Shown here: in pieces, positions 49,618 through 59,867 of the stretch | How the letters are laid out: each line of letters begins with the position of its first letter | Numbering within the stretch: the first letter of the stretch is position 1 | Assembly: GCA_016927995.1 (NCBI GenBank) | Contig: JAFGLO010000015.1 | Span: 75,430 to 139,429, forward strand | Direction of reading: 5' to 3' | From: Candidatus Dojkabacteria bacterium | GTDB lineage: Bacteria > Patescibacteriota > Dojkabacteria > JAFGLO01 | Length of the DNA stretch: 64,000 nucleotides | Notes under the pieces: model-generated | The model's input: only the letters and a program-made list of their open reading frames with translations | The model's database searches: none | Told to the model about the DNA's origin: nothing | Made by a program: the position numbers and the translations under genes

Positions 49618-50883
49618 GTGGATAAACGATTTTTTGTTCCTGGGCATAGATTGGGATTATCTATTGCTGAAGTAGTTAACCATTTGTCCGTACATAAGGC
49701 AGAATTTGATCTTACTACTATTAACGATGATTTTTTCATTATTGAATCCGATTTTAAAAAGTGTAATATTGAACGGCTTGGGGGAATTGTAAAGTCAGGC
49801 AAGATTCTTGAAGTTTTCGATATAAAGGATTTTTCACAAGATATTCTTATTTCAACTTTGATCAAAAGTATAGTTAAAAACAAGAAAGATAAGCTTTCGG
49901 TTATCTTAAATTTTAGAGGGAATGTAAGAAACCTACGAATTAGCAAGAAAAATGTTTTAATGGGGCTTAAGCAGACTTTACGAGCGGAAGGTATTGCACT
50001 TAGGTTTCCGGGAGACATGAACTCACTCGTAAGTTCGGCCGTTGTTTTTGACAAGAAAATAAAAGGCAAAGGACTAGAGTTTGAGGTACTTGCCGACTCT
50101 ACTTATGTTTACATTGGATCTACGGATTGGGTTCAAGATTACGAAGAGTTTAGAGAACGTGATTACGATAAGCCATTTTTTGATAAAGAGGCGGGAATGC
50201 TTCCGCCTAAGCTTGCTCGAATAATGGTAAATCTTGCCGACACAGGCAAAACAAAGGTAGTTTGGGATCCATTTTGCGGTAGTGGGGCTGTACTTATGGA
50301 GGCACTTGATCTTGGATATCACCTTATCGGTACGGACATAAGTGATAGGGCCATAAAAAACACAAAGGGTAACATTGATTGGCTAATGAATCGGCTTGAT
50401 GAGTCGGGTCATTATGCCGGGGATAAGTCTGGTCAGTTTGTGTTTTTAAAGCAGAATGTAATTGTGGGTATACATAAAGTGTACAAGGAGCTGGGAATCG
50501 AGATCAATTCAAATATCGCTTTCGTAACGGAGCCTTATTTAGGTCCGCCGGTACTAAGAGTTTTGGAAACGGAAAAAGCCGCAAAGATTATTAAAAATGT
50601 ACACAATATTTATATAGACTTTTTAAACAAAGTTGAATACATTGATAGGCAGTTGGGAAAGCCGATAGATTCGATAGTCATGGTGGTTCCCGAATATAAA
50701 ACCAGACTGGGCTGGATTCCGCTCCATCTGAGTAAGGAGCTTAAGATGCTTGGACGAATAGGTTTTTCTTCCCCTAGGTGGTTTAGTTATCTTTCAAAAA
50801 AGATTCCTAACTTTGATATGTATTGGTTTAGAGAAGAAAGTCTAATAAGAAGAAAAATATTAGTTCTGCACAAGGAAAGATGA
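49618..50883 (+). CDS. Putative RNA (tRNA/rRNA) methyltransferase, UPF0020 / Trm14-like class I SAM MTase
   Basis: DPFCGSGAV (motif I) and LIGTDISDRA. Confidence 0.5.
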   Translation: MDKRFFVPGHRLGLSIAEVVNHLSVHKAEFDLTTINDDFFIIESDFKKCNIERLGGIVKSGKILEVFDIKDFSQDILISTLIKSIVKNKKDKLSVILNFRGNVRNLRISKKNVLMGLKQTLRAEGIALRFPGDMNSLVSSAVVFDKKIKGKGLEFEVLADSTYVYIGSTDWVQDYEEFRERDYDKPFFDKEAGMLPPKLARIMVNLADTGKTKVVWDPFCGSGAVLMEALDLGYHLIGTDISDRAIKNTKGNIDWLMNRLDESGHYAGDKSGQFVFLKQNVIVGIHKVYKELGIEINSNIAFVTEPYLGPPVLRVLETEKAAKIIKNVHNIYIDFLNKVEYIDRQLGKPIDSIVMVVPEYKTRLGWIPLHLSKELKMLGRIGFSSPRWFSYLSKKIPNFDMYWFREESLIRRKILVLHKER

Positions 50884-51665
50884 GCTTTAAGCTATTTAAG
50901 CTTCCATCCTACAATGTGATTATAGGAAAAGAGCGGGAGATAATTGATTATTTAGTAAACGATAACGAATTTAAAGCAATAAGCTACCTTAACGTAAATA
51001 CATTTATTGAGCTTAAGGAAACTTTTACAAGGGTCGAACTCTCAATGTTTAAATTTCTTGTTGATGGTAAATATGTAGATTTTGTACTAAATCTTTTCTT
51101 TGGAGCGGAGAATACGCAGGTTATGAGTTTTACATATATTTATAAAAGTTTTTTTGCGGAATGCGAGAAAGCTGCAAAATCCATTTATCTTGTGGGCGGA
51201 ACCGATGAAGTTATAAAAAAGACGGTAGACTATTTAAAAGATACTTTTCCAAATCTTATAATTGCCGGATATGCACCCGCCTGGGTTGAAAATTTAAGGG
51301 AAGGGGCATCCGGAATGCCCGATCTTACACCTGTTGTGAACGATATAAGTACCAAGAAACCTGACTTTGTGGTTTTGTCTATGGGTGGTAAACAACACAA
51401 TCAGGAAAAATTTGTGCTTAAAAATATAGGGATGTTTAGAGCAAATACCAATGCCGTTTTTTGTGTTGGTGGACTGTTTAATAGGCTGGCCGGCAAAGAT
51501 TTAACTATCCCACGATGGGTTAATAGCCTGGGGCTTGAATGGTTAATTCGATTTTTGGTAAAGCCCGGCAAGATCATTAGAAGGATTTACGAGGGGTTAG
51601 GGTTTTTCAAAGTATTTTCAGAGGAATTAAACGAATTTAAAAATGAACAGGCTGGAAATAAGTAA
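50880..51665 (+). CDS. WecB/TagA/CpsF-family glycosyltransferase
   Basis: Family signatures YLVGG...VLSMGGKQ...EWLIRF. Confidence 0.7.
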   Translation: MSFKLFKLPSYNVIIGKEREIIDYLVNDNEFKAISYLNVNTFIELKETFTRVELSMFKFLVDGKYVDFVLNLFFGAENTQVMSFTYIYKSFFAECEKAAKSIYLVGGTDEVIKKTVDYLKDTFPNLIIAGYAPAWVENLREGASGMPDLTPVVNDISTKKPDFVVLSMGGKQHNQEKFVLKNIGMFRANTNAVFCVGGLFNRLAGKDLTIPRWVNSLGLEWLIRFLVKPGKIIRRIYEGLGFFKVFSEELNEFKNEQAGNK

Positions 51666-52500
51666 CTTTAATCCCGATTTAACACTTTTGGGTGGCCAGG
51701 GGCTTACCTGGGAGTACGACAAAACAGCCAAGGTTTATTATGGTGTCACAAGCCAGAATGTAATTGAACTTAAAAAGTACGGCAAAGACTTTCTCTGGCA
51801 GACATATCCCAATCTTGACGATTATGAGTTTATTCGTAAATATTTTCGGCTGGACCTTCCTTATCGAGAAATAATTGATCAGATAGCTGTAGACTCGCTT
51901 ACAAAGTCGGCAGTTTCATCACTTTCAGGCTTAAGGCTTATATCACAACCGTTTGCCGATACGGTAATTATGTTTATTTCAAGTACCAATCGCAACATCC
52001 CATTGATCAAACAAAGTATACGTTTGTTGTATACCGATATTGGACAACGGGTAGAAACGCCAACGGGTAATCGATATTTGTTTCCTGATCCGGCAGGCAT
52101 TGCCGATTTGGAGCTTGATAGGCTTTTTTCTTATAAATTAGGTTACAGGGCACCTTTTATTAAAGAAGCAGCGCAAAGACTTTTGGATGTAAATTATCAG
52201 ATTGGTAAATCAAAAGTTAGTAAAATAAAAAATAAAAGCTTCGAGGCCGAGACGCGGTCTAAGCTATTAAGGCTTCCCGGGGTAGGTCCTAAAGTTGCCG
52301 ACTGTATAATGTCTTTTTCGTTAGGATTTGATGATATTATTCCACAGGATGTATGGATGCGAAGAATCTTTGGTGAACGATACGACATATCACCTACGGC
52401 AAAATATCAAGAAGTTGTTGATTGGTACAGAAATTATTGGGGTAAATATGCCGCTTGGGCAGGGCAATTTCTTTTTGAATTTTTAAGGAAACCGCATTGA
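51643..52500 (+). CDS. ogg: 8-oxoguanine DNA glycosylase (Ogg, HhH-GPD superfamily)
   Basis: HhH motif LPGVGPKVADCI followed by the catalytic Asp region. OGG-like N-terminal domain. Confidence 0.7.
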   Translation: MNRLEISNFNPDLTLLGGQGLTWEYDKTAKVYYGVTSQNVIELKKYGKDFLWQTYPNLDDYEFIRKYFRLDLPYREIIDQIAVDSLTKSAVSSLSGLRLISQPFADTVIMFISSTNRNIPLIKQSIRLLYTDIGQRVETPTGNRYLFPDPAGIADLELDRLFSYKLGYRAPFIKEAAQRLLDVNYQIGKSKVSKIKNKSFEAETRSKLLRLPGVGPKVADCIMSFSLGFDDIIPQDVWMRRIFGERYDISPTAKYQEVVDWYRNYWGKYAAWAGQFLFEFLRKPH

Positions 52501-52555
52501 CTGGACTCCTTAATATTGATACCATAATGATCTGATTACTTTATAAAGAGCAAAA

Positions 52556-55500
52556 GTGGTTATTACGGCAATCGCAATTATAGCTGGACTAATATTGGTT
52601 TTTAGTTTGTTTAATCCCTTAATTGTTAAGCTTGGAATAAGAAATGTTTTTAGAAGATTTGGAAACACAATATTAATAATAATCGGATCCATGGTGGGAA
52701 CGGCTCTAATAACGGGCTCACTTGTGCTTTCATTTTCGCTTGATAAAACCCTTTCGGGTGTTGTTATAAACCAGGTGGGAGAAAATGATGTTGTGCTTTC
52801 TGTAAAAAATCTTGGACTAAGTGAAGAGCTAATTGATGGAATAAATCAAGAAAAATATGATCAGCTTGCTGCACAGTTTAATACCGATGAGTACGACGGG
52901 TTTGTAGGAGCAATCGAGCTTGATGTTTCTCCCGCAAAGCTTGAAAACGGTGAACCTGCAATAAAAGCGTATAACTCAACGCTAATAGGAATCGAGCTTC
53001 CGGAACTTTCCGATTGGGGTTCGGAGTTTGATTTTCCTGATATTGTGCTTACGGGTTCTACTATTGCGGTTTCGGAGTCATTTGCAAAAAATACCGATGC
53101 CAAAGTGGGAGACCAATTACTGTTGTCATTTTTTGGTAACGAGACTACATTCGATATAGGTTCAATAATTCCGGAAAACGGAATTTTAAAGCATAACTCG
53201 TTTTGGGTTTCAAGAGAGTATGTTCAGGATCTACTTGGATATGAAAATGACATATACAACAGAATTTATCTTTCTGTTGCGGGTGGATTCGAGCCTAAAG
53301 ACTATGATGGGGCAAAGGTAAAAACTGATGTAGAAAGTAAAATTGATGAACTTTCATGGGATACAGTTAAAGTTATTGTTGGTGAACGAAAAAGCGATGC
53401 ACTCGACGGATATGGAGCAGGAGTTTTTGCCGATATGTTCTTGATTTTAAGTATGTTCGGAGTTCTGGCCGGAATTATTCTTTTGGTAAATATATTTGCA
53501 ATGCTTGCAGATGAGCGAAAAACAGAACTTGGTATTTTAAGAGCTATTGCATTAACAAGGTCAAAATTGACTCTAATATTTGGGTATGAATCTATCATAT
53601 ATTCTTTCTTTTCTGCAATAGTAGGGATGTGTTTCGGAATTGGTGTAGGATATGTGATAATTGCATTCCTAAATCGGCTTATTTCAGGAATTGGTGGAAT
53701 GGGTCGTATGGCCGGTTCCTTTACACTTGCCTTTGGATTTGATCATAATACAATTTTAACGGGATTTCTGGTCGGATTTCTAATAACAGTAGTAACTTCT
53801 TTTATACTTAGTGCCGGAATAAGTCGGCTTAATATTGTTGAGGCAATAAGAAAAATAAAACCCAGAGAAAAATTCAAGTTTAATGCTTGGGTAATACTTA
53901 AGCTTACCGGCTATTTCTTATTAACGGGTTCCGGAATTGGGTTAATTGGAATTTCTCAAAAGGCGCAGGCAATTTTTGATAGGCTAATCTCCGGGGAAAT
54001 TCCCAACTTCCCGGAGCTTTCCGAAACAATGTTCACTAAAATGGTGCGACTTACCGAAGGTATGGGACTTTATTTCGGAATAATGATGGCTCTAATAGGT
54101 TTTACACTTATTGTAGACAATGTACTTAAATACATTTTTAAGAAGGATTTTGGAAAGCATGTTTTTATTGTTGCAGCAATTGCTTCTATTTTGTTTAATA
54201 CGTTTATTGACAAGTTTCATGCAATCGGAGAGATTCTTGACTATACCGAGGGTGTAGTAATTTTCTTTTCAAATGGGCTTGCGTTGGTAGTATCAGCAAC
54301 TATTGTTATTGCATTTAATTTTGACTTGATTGCAAAACTTGCAAGCTTTATTGTATCAAAATTTTCGCGGCTTAGAGCACTTGTAAACATAAGTTTTAGG
54401 TATCCCGGTATTCATATAAAGCGTACGGCATTAACAATGATTATGTTTGGAATTATAATATATCTCGTGGTTTTTATAGGACTTGTTCGTGCAACGGTAG
54501 CGGAAGAGTTGGATAAAGCAACAAGGGAAATATTAGGAGAATACTCGTTGTCAATCAATACCCAACCATTTATAACAGAGGCGGATCTTACAGAAATAGA
54601 GTCTACCGTTATATCAAATGAAGGTATTGAGCGAGCCGATTGGGTTCGAGGTCTTTCCGTAAGAATGATAGGTTATTCAGGGAAGGGGATGTCTGTAAGT
54701 ACATCCGGGATGAGTATGGCTCCTACCGATGCAAAGTATAGGGAAGATTTCATTTCAGCTTTTCCTTATCAGTACTTAAGTTCGTTTGAAGCGGATTTTG
54801 AACAGATTCTAGATGGTTATTCAGAAGATCAAATTTGGCAACTTATCGACTCAGATCCTTCAAAAATTGTTCTTGGAATGGATTATTCGGAGAACTTTGC
54901 ATATCCATCACCCGAGAAAATAAATGTGGGTGATAAATTTACAATTACCGATTCATTTGGTGAATTCCCGTGGGAAGTCGAAGTTGTCGGGATTTTAAAA
55001 GATAACAATAGAATTTCCGGCTCATCGAACTTTGGAATAATTGTCGGTTCATCCTTTTATAACGAAGTATTTAGTAAAGATATTTGGCTTAAATACGGAT
55101 ATAATCAGCTCCTGGTTAAAATTTCAGATGATGCTGAATTTGATAAGGTTGCTAATGGGGTTAACAGAACTTTAATAAAACTTCCTGTTAGTTCAATTAC
55201 AAATATAGCCGATGTGCTTGTAAGTATACAATCCGTATACAACTCGATTATGTATTTGTTTCAGGGCTTTTTAGCCTTTAATCTTTTGGTAGGGTCGTCG
55301 GGACTGGCTATAATGACGGTTAGATCGGTACAGGAACGGAAGCAGCAAATAGGCATGTTGCGAGCACTTGGATTTGGACGAAGCGATATTCTTTTCATTT
55401 TCTTCATTGAGATATCTTTTGTTGCTATTAGTAGCATTGCTGTGGGGCTTTCTATGGGTGTTATCGGTGCTTTAAATGCATTTAAGGCAGCCTATGCTAA

Positions 55501-55648
55501 TCAACCGGACATTTCTCCGGTATTTCCTAGGCTTGAGATTGCACTCGTTGTGATTGGTGTTTATTTGATTTCTATACTTTTATCCCTAAGACCGGCAATT
55601 AATGCCTCAAAACTTGAACCAGTGGAGGCAACTAATTATCCCGAATAA
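52556..55648 (+). CDS. FtsX/MacB-like ABC transporter permease with two FtsX domains and large extracytoplasmic domains
   Basis: 1030 aa. Two 4-helix FtsX modules, each preceded by a large soluble domain. Confidence 0.7.
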   Translation: MVITAIAIIAGLILVFSLFNPLIVKLGIRNVFRRFGNTILIIIGSMVGTALITGSLVLSFSLDKTLSGVVINQVGENDVVLSVKNLGLSEELIDGINQEKYDQLAAQFNTDEYDGFVGAIELDVSPAKLENGEPAIKAYNSTLIGIELPELSDWGSEFDFPDIVLTGSTIAVSESFAKNTDAKVGDQLLLSFFGNETTFDIGSIIPENGILKHNSFWVSREYVQDLLGYENDIYNRIYLSVAGGFEPKDYDGAKVKTDVESKIDELSWDTVKVIVGERKSDALDGYGAGVFADMFLILSMFGVLAGIILLVNIFAMLADERKTELGILRAIALTRSKLTLIFGYESIIYSFFSAIVGMCFGIGVGYVIIAFLNRLISGIGGMGRMAGSFTLAFGFDHNTILTGFLVGFLITVVTSFILSAGISRLNIVEAIRKIKPREKFKFNAWVILKLTGYFLLTGSGIGLIGISQKAQAIFDRLISGEIPNFPELSETMFTKMVRLTEGMGLYFGIMMALIGFTLIVDNVLKYIFKKDFGKHVFIVAAIASILFNTFIDKFHAIGEILDYTEGVVIFFSNGLALVVSATIVIAFNFDLIAKLASFIVSKFSRLRALVNISFRYPGIHIKRTALTMIMFGIIIYLVVFIGLVRATVAEELDKATREILGEYSLSINTQPFITEADLTEIESTVISNEGIERADWVRGLSVRMIGYSGKGMSVSTSGMSMAPTDAKYREDFISAFPYQYLSSFEADFEQILDGYSEDQIWQLIDSDPSKIVLGMDYSENFAYPSPEKINVGDKFTITDSFGEFPWEVEVVGILKDNNRISGSSNFGIIVGSSFYNEVFSKDIWLKYGYNQLLVKISDDAEFDKVANGVNRTLIKLPVSSITNIADVLVSIQSVYNSIMYLFQGFLAFNLLVGSSGLAIMTVRSVQERKQQIGMLRALGFGRSDILFIFFIEISFVAISSIAVGLSMGVIGALNAFKAAYANQPDISPVFPRLEIALVVIGVYLISILLSLRPAINASKLEPVEATNYPE

Positions 55649-55664
55649 ATTCATATATATAAAT

Positions 55665-56342
55665 ATGGCAAAAGACATACTTCGTGCAAAAAATGTATAC
55701 AAAATATACGAGGAAGGGCGTGAAACAGAGGTTCGAGCACTTGACGGACTTTCATTGACTGTATTTGAGGGCGAAATTGTTGCAGTAATGGGTCCATCGG
55801 GATCAGGGAAAACTACGTTACTTAACTGCTTTTCAGGAATAGATAGTGCCACAAGGGGTGAGATTGTTATAGATGGGCAGGATATTCAAAAATTAAGTGA
55901 TCGTAAAAAGACACTTTACAGGGCAAAAAAAATGGGATTTATATTTCAGTCGTTTAACCTTATTCCTGTTCTAACGGCGCTTGAAAACGTTGAATTACCG
56001 CTACTTGTTAATGGCGTACCAAAGGCTGAGGCAAGAGAGCGTGCAATTACAATTTTAAACCGAGTTGGACTTTCCGATAGGTTGGCACATACACCTAATG
56101 AGCTTTCGGGTGGTCAAAAACAGAGGGTTACTGTTGCAAGGGCGCTCGCTCACAAGCCTAGTATAGTTTGGGCCGACGAGCCTACTGGTAACCTTGATTC
56201 GCATACTGCCGATTCGGTAATGGAATTAATTTCTGAGCTTCAGAAGGAAAATAATGCAACCTTTGTACTTGTTACCCACGATGAAAAAATTGCCAAAAAG
56301 GCAGATAGAATTGTACGTCTAATGGATGGGAAAATTAAATAA
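55665..56342 (+). CDS. ABC transporter ATP-binding protein (MacB/LolD-like)
   Basis: GPSGSGKTT, LSGGQKQR, WADEPTGNLD. Start MAKDILRAKNVYK. Confidence 0.85.
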   Translation: MAKDILRAKNVYKIYEEGRETEVRALDGLSLTVFEGEIVAVMGPSGSGKTTLLNCFSGIDSATRGEIVIDGQDIQKLSDRKKTLYRAKKMGFIFQSFNLIPVLTALENVELPLLVNGVPKAEARERAITILNRVGLSDRLAHTPNELSGGQKQRVTVARALAHKPSIVWADEPTGNLDSHTADSVMELISELQKENNATFVLVTHDEKIAKKADRIVRLMDGKIK

Positions 56343-56450
56343 TATCAAATTGTAGGGGCGGGTTTATAACCTGCCCGACTTGTAATTTCCCAGCCTTGTC
56401 AAATTTCATTATTCTTTGTATATTGGAGTATCTAAGATTTTTTTACATTC

Positions 56451-57347
56451 ATGGACAAAAAGAAGATTCTAATTATTGTTGCTGTGCTTGTGGCGGTGTT
56501 GCTACTTATTAGCTGCTCCTGCAGTGGTATTCTTATTTGGAAATGGAATGACCTTAAAGACTGGGTAGAAAGTCTTAGTGAAAAATCGGAAGATAATAAT
56601 TCTCAAACGGAGGAAAATGATGATGAAGAAGATGCCGAAGAAGATGATGATAATTTGGTATACGGAACCTACGAAATAGTCGTCGATTCGACGTATGAAG
56701 ACGAGGATGAATGGGATGATGTAAATTTCTGCACAATGGAAAACGAAATTCCTGAACTAACTCTACTTTTGGACGGGGGGGAAGTTTCGTCGGATAATAT
56801 CGATGATATAAACCAAGAATTTGAGGCTTTGTTTACTGCAGAAGGTTTTTGTGAAGATGTACTAGATTCTAATTCCGATTATCCTTCCGGTGATCTTTAT
56901 TTTGAGGGGTATTACGAGATTGGTTTAAATCAGTATCCTTTTGTAAGTATAGTCTACTACTCCTCAAGTTATACTGGTGGTGCACATGGCAGCAATATTG
57001 CCAAGGCAGCTACATTTAATGTTTTAACCGGTAATAGGCTTAATCTTTCCGACCTGTTTACCGACGATGGCTCAAATGATTGGGAAGAAGTCTTATGGAC
57101 TGGTGTTAAAACTGTTACTCTTGATGAATGGGAGGGTTATCTTTATGAGGATACATTTTCCGGTCAAACAGAACCTCCTTCCGGTCAGATTTGGTATTTA
57201 ACCGATGAGTATATTGGTTTCATCTGGAATGAATATGATATTGCGCCTTATGCTGCTGGCATGATTTATGTGGAAATTCCGTTTGACGCCGACTTTCTTG
57301 AAGATATTATTAAGTCGGGTGGTCCGATTGGGGTGCTTGTGGAGTAG
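56451..57347 (+). CDS. Membrane-anchored DUF3298/DUF4163-like protein with an acidic (D/E) tract
   Basis: N-terminal transmembrane helix, a DDEEDAEEDDD tract, and a YTGGAHG motif typical of DUF3298 (RsiV C-terminal-like). Confidence 0.5.
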   Translation: MDKKKILIIVAVLVAVLLLISCSCSGILIWKWNDLKDWVESLSEKSEDNNSQTEENDDEEDAEEDDDNLVYGTYEIVVDSTYEDEDEWDDVNFCTMENEIPELTLLLDGGEVSSDNIDDINQEFEALFTAEGFCEDVLDSNSDYPSGDLYFEGYYEIGLNQYPFVSIVYYSSSYTGGAHGSNIAKAATFNVLTGNRLNLSDLFTDDGSNDWEEVLWTGVKTVTLDEWEGYLYEDTFSGQTEPPSGQIWYLTDEYIGFIWNEYDIAPYAAGMIYVEIPFDADFLEDIIKSGGPIGVLVE

Positions 57348-57579
57348 GGGGAGGAGGTTCTCTGGGGGGACATAGGCTATTAGTATCGAATGGTTCTACT
57401 ACATGGTCAACGCCGTTATCGTTTTCGTGGTGAACTTCTCTTATTATAAATCCTATTTGCCAACTGCGTCTACCTCTGTTGTGTGCCTCGAATATGTAAG
57501 CCGTGGGTTTTTCAATTGGTCCGGCGATTCCAAAAAAGTCTACTTCTATTACATCGAGTTGGGCTGTGTTTCTATTCAT
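57310..57579 (-). CDS. Hypothetical protein; ORF may extend upstream without an ATG
   Basis: ORF in a locally GC-richer stretch. The 3' end overlaps the DUF3298 gene. Confidence 0.2.
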   Translation of the reverse strand: MNRNTAQLDVIEVDFFGIAGPIEKPTAYIFEAHNRGRRSWQIGFIIREVHHENDNGVDHVVEPFDTNSLCPPREPPPPTPQAPQSDHPT

Positions 57580-57990
57580 TAATGCTTCTATTGAGTCCGA
57601 ACAAGTGAAAGCAACATCCTGAACTTTTAGCTCTGGTTCATTACCTTTTTTTGGAATTTATTGAGTGCATAAGTAATTGCAAGTTCAGCCGCATAATAAG
57701 GCGGGTGAACTCCTTGACGTTTTTCTAAATCTAAACGTCTTTCACCTAGATCGGGTTCTTGTGGTAGGGTATCTTCTGGTTCAGGATGGGAAACCTGTGC
57801 TTCCTGTGTCTGTCTTCTACCTTCAAACAATCTCCTCAGGACGTTCATTTCAATGTGGCGGCTTAGATTAATTAAACGCAGAATAAGTGATTATACCACC
57901 ATCATCTAAACGGCACATTACAGTTTCTATTGAAATAAGCTTGAGATATAATTCATTACTTAGATAATATATTTTATGTAGCACACAAAA

Positions 57991-58461
57991 ATGAAGAACA
58001 TTACAAAAATAGACACTTTTCTTATGAATGCTTGGGGATGGTCATTTCTTTACGCATTTATCTTGGTTAACGACCTCGTGGCCTATTTAGTAATCGGGTC
58101 AATAGATTTGCATTTTAATATTTGGAATTCGAATCTGATATCATACATTCTTAGTTTTATTGTGGGTTATGGTATTACATTCTTGGCTATGTATACTTTA
58201 GGTAGCAGAGGGCTTATGAAATCAAAACTTTATGAAGTTAAAGATTTTAAGCTTGCAACCTTTGAAGGAATAAAATTTGCTGATGCTTTTAGTGGATTTC
58301 TCATCTGTAGTCTTGTCGCTTTATTTATAAGAATTGTTTGGGGCGTAGAAATTAGTGAAGATGTTGTTAATTCAGCAGGATATTACTCGTACGCAATTGC
58401 AGGGCTTTCTTATGTGTTTGGGATTACAACGGTTATTAATCTTTTTAGAAAGAATTTTTAA
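57991..58461 (+). CDS. Hypothetical 4-transmembrane-helix membrane protein
   Basis: Hydrophobicity pattern only. Confidence 0.35.
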   Translation: MKNITKIDTFLMNAWGWSFLYAFILVNDLVAYLVIGSIDLHFNIWNSNLISYILSFIVGYGITFLAMYTLGSRGLMKSKLYEVKDFKLATFEGIKFADAFSGFLICSLVALFIRIVWGVEISEDVVNSAGYYSYAIAGLSYVFGITTVINLFRKNF

Positions 58462-58471
58462 CTTTACTGAC

Positions 58472-59404
58472 CTACACGGGATCTACATAGTAAACGATTT
58501 TACCTTCAAAGGTTTTAACTTTATATCTGCCCGGAGAAACCTCTTTAAGCCAATCAACAGGTACCTTTCCATATCCGCCGGGTAGATCTAAAACGTATGT
58601 TGGAATTGCAATTCCCGAAAGGTTGCCTCGAAGTGATTTGTAGAGCTTAAGCCCGGTTTTTATTGAAACTCTAAAGTGATGAGTACCTTTGGCTTTGTCC
58701 AGATGGTGAAGGTAGTAGGGCTTTATGCCTATCTGAACTAGGTTGGTAAACAGCATAGGAAGTGTCTTAAGAGTATCGTTTACACCCTTAAGTAGTACTG
58801 TCTGGCTTAGCATAAGGATTCCAAAAGATTGAAGTTTTTTTGTAAGCGTAATTGTTTTTTTACTGATTTCTCTTGGATGGTTTACATGAACCACTATAAT
58901 TACCTGTTTTTTCCGCTGAATTTTAGCAAGTTTAGCTATGACGCCTGCTGTTATTAGCTTTGGTGCTGCCACAGGGACGCGTGTATGAATTCGTACAAGC
59001 TTTACTGTGTTTTGTGCATTTAAGGTGGATAGATATGAAAATAAAGCGGGTAGATCAGCTAAAGGGTCGCCACCTGATAAAATTACCTCGTTAACTTCTT
59101 GATGTTTTGACAAATAGGCTTTCACTTTTTTAGGGTCGGTATGCGTGCTTTCTAAATTATGTTTTCTAAAGCAGAATCTACAATGAATCGCGCATTTATC
59201 TGTTGTAAGTAGAAGAATGCGATTTGGGTATCTGTGAATAAGTCCGGGAATAGGGGACTTAAAATTATCTCCGATAGGGTCGGTCAACTCGTATGGTTTA
59301 ATATTGCGCTCGTGCTTGCTTGGTACAGCCATTAGTCTAAGTGGATCATTAGGATTGGTAGGATCAATAAGCGACGAATAGTGTTTAGGGATTAGTGGTT
59401 TCAT
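58472..59404 (-). CDS. KamA-family radical SAM protein (lysine 2,3-aminomutase / EpmB-like)
   Basis: CAIHCRFC CxxxCxxC cluster in a KamA-type context. At 310 aa its length fits EpmB better than KamA. Confidence 0.65.
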   Translation of the reverse strand: MKPLIPKHYSSLIDPTNPNDPLRLMAVPSKHERNIKPYELTDPIGDNFKSPIPGLIHRYPNRILLLTTDKCAIHCRFCFRKHNLESTHTDPKKVKAYLSKHQEVNEVILSGGDPLADLPALFSYLSTLNAQNTVKLVRIHTRVPVAAPKLITAGVIAKLAKIQRKKQVIIVVHVNHPREISKKTITLTKKLQSFGILMLSQTVLLKGVNDTLKTLPMLFTNLVQIGIKPYYLHHLDKAKGTHHFRVSIKTGLKLYKSLRGNLSGIAIPTYVLDLPGGYGKVPVDWLKEVSPGRYKVKTFEGKIVYYVDPV

Positions 59405-59518
59405 ACGCGGCGATTATATCACGCTCTTTGGGTTTGCAAATAAATAGGATATAATTACGCGTAATAGGAGAGGTGCCTGACCTTGCCATAGGCAGATCTG
59501 GCCCTAGTTTATGTTCTG

Positions 59519-59606
59519 GGAGAGGTGCCTGAGTGGTCGAAAGGACCGCTTTCGAAAAGCGGCGTCCCGCTTGTCGGGACCGTGGGTTCGAATCCCACCC
59601 TCTCCG
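59519..59606 (+). tRNA. tRNA-Ser (anticodon CGA), class II with long variable arm
   Basis: Acceptor GGAGAGG/CCTCTCC. Anticodon stem CCGCT/AGCGG with loop TTCGAAA. Variable arm CGTCCCGCTTGTCGGGACC. T-arm GTGGG-TTCGAAT-CCCAC. Confidence 0.8.
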
Positions 59607-59716
59607 GGTGGCACCCAAAGGGTGTCAGCCGGAGAGGGATGAAGTAGGAGAGCCCAGTGAAACGGGGGCGGAACGTACCATAAAGAAAATATCAGCACGT
59701 CTTGGCCGAAGGCCAA

Positions 59717-59732
59717 AATCCCACCCTCTCCG
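59717..59732 (+). repeat. Copy of the tRNA-Ser 3' end (AATCCCACCCTCTCCG)
   Basis: Exact 16-nt match to 59591-59606. Confidence 0.8.
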
Positions 59733-59851
59733 AGTGTGTGATTCTTCGCCACGGTATTCTGGTCAAATTCTTCCCGCAAGCCTAGGCTTTCGGGAAAGTT
59801 AGCCCCTTTATAGGTGTGCGGGCTGGGTTCCCTGTCTGCCGACAGGTAGAG

Positions 59852-59867
59852 AATCCCACCCTCTCCG
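59852..59867 (+). repeat. Second copy of the tRNA-Ser 3' end (AATCCCACCCTCTCCG)
   Basis: Exact 16-nt match to 59591-59606. Confidence 0.8.

Noticed and set aside
59533-59802. 89-aa plus-strand ORF
   Set aside because: It translates across tRNA-Ser and its 3'-end repeat copies. The Arg/Pro-rich low-complexity product is typical of a tRNA-region artefact.
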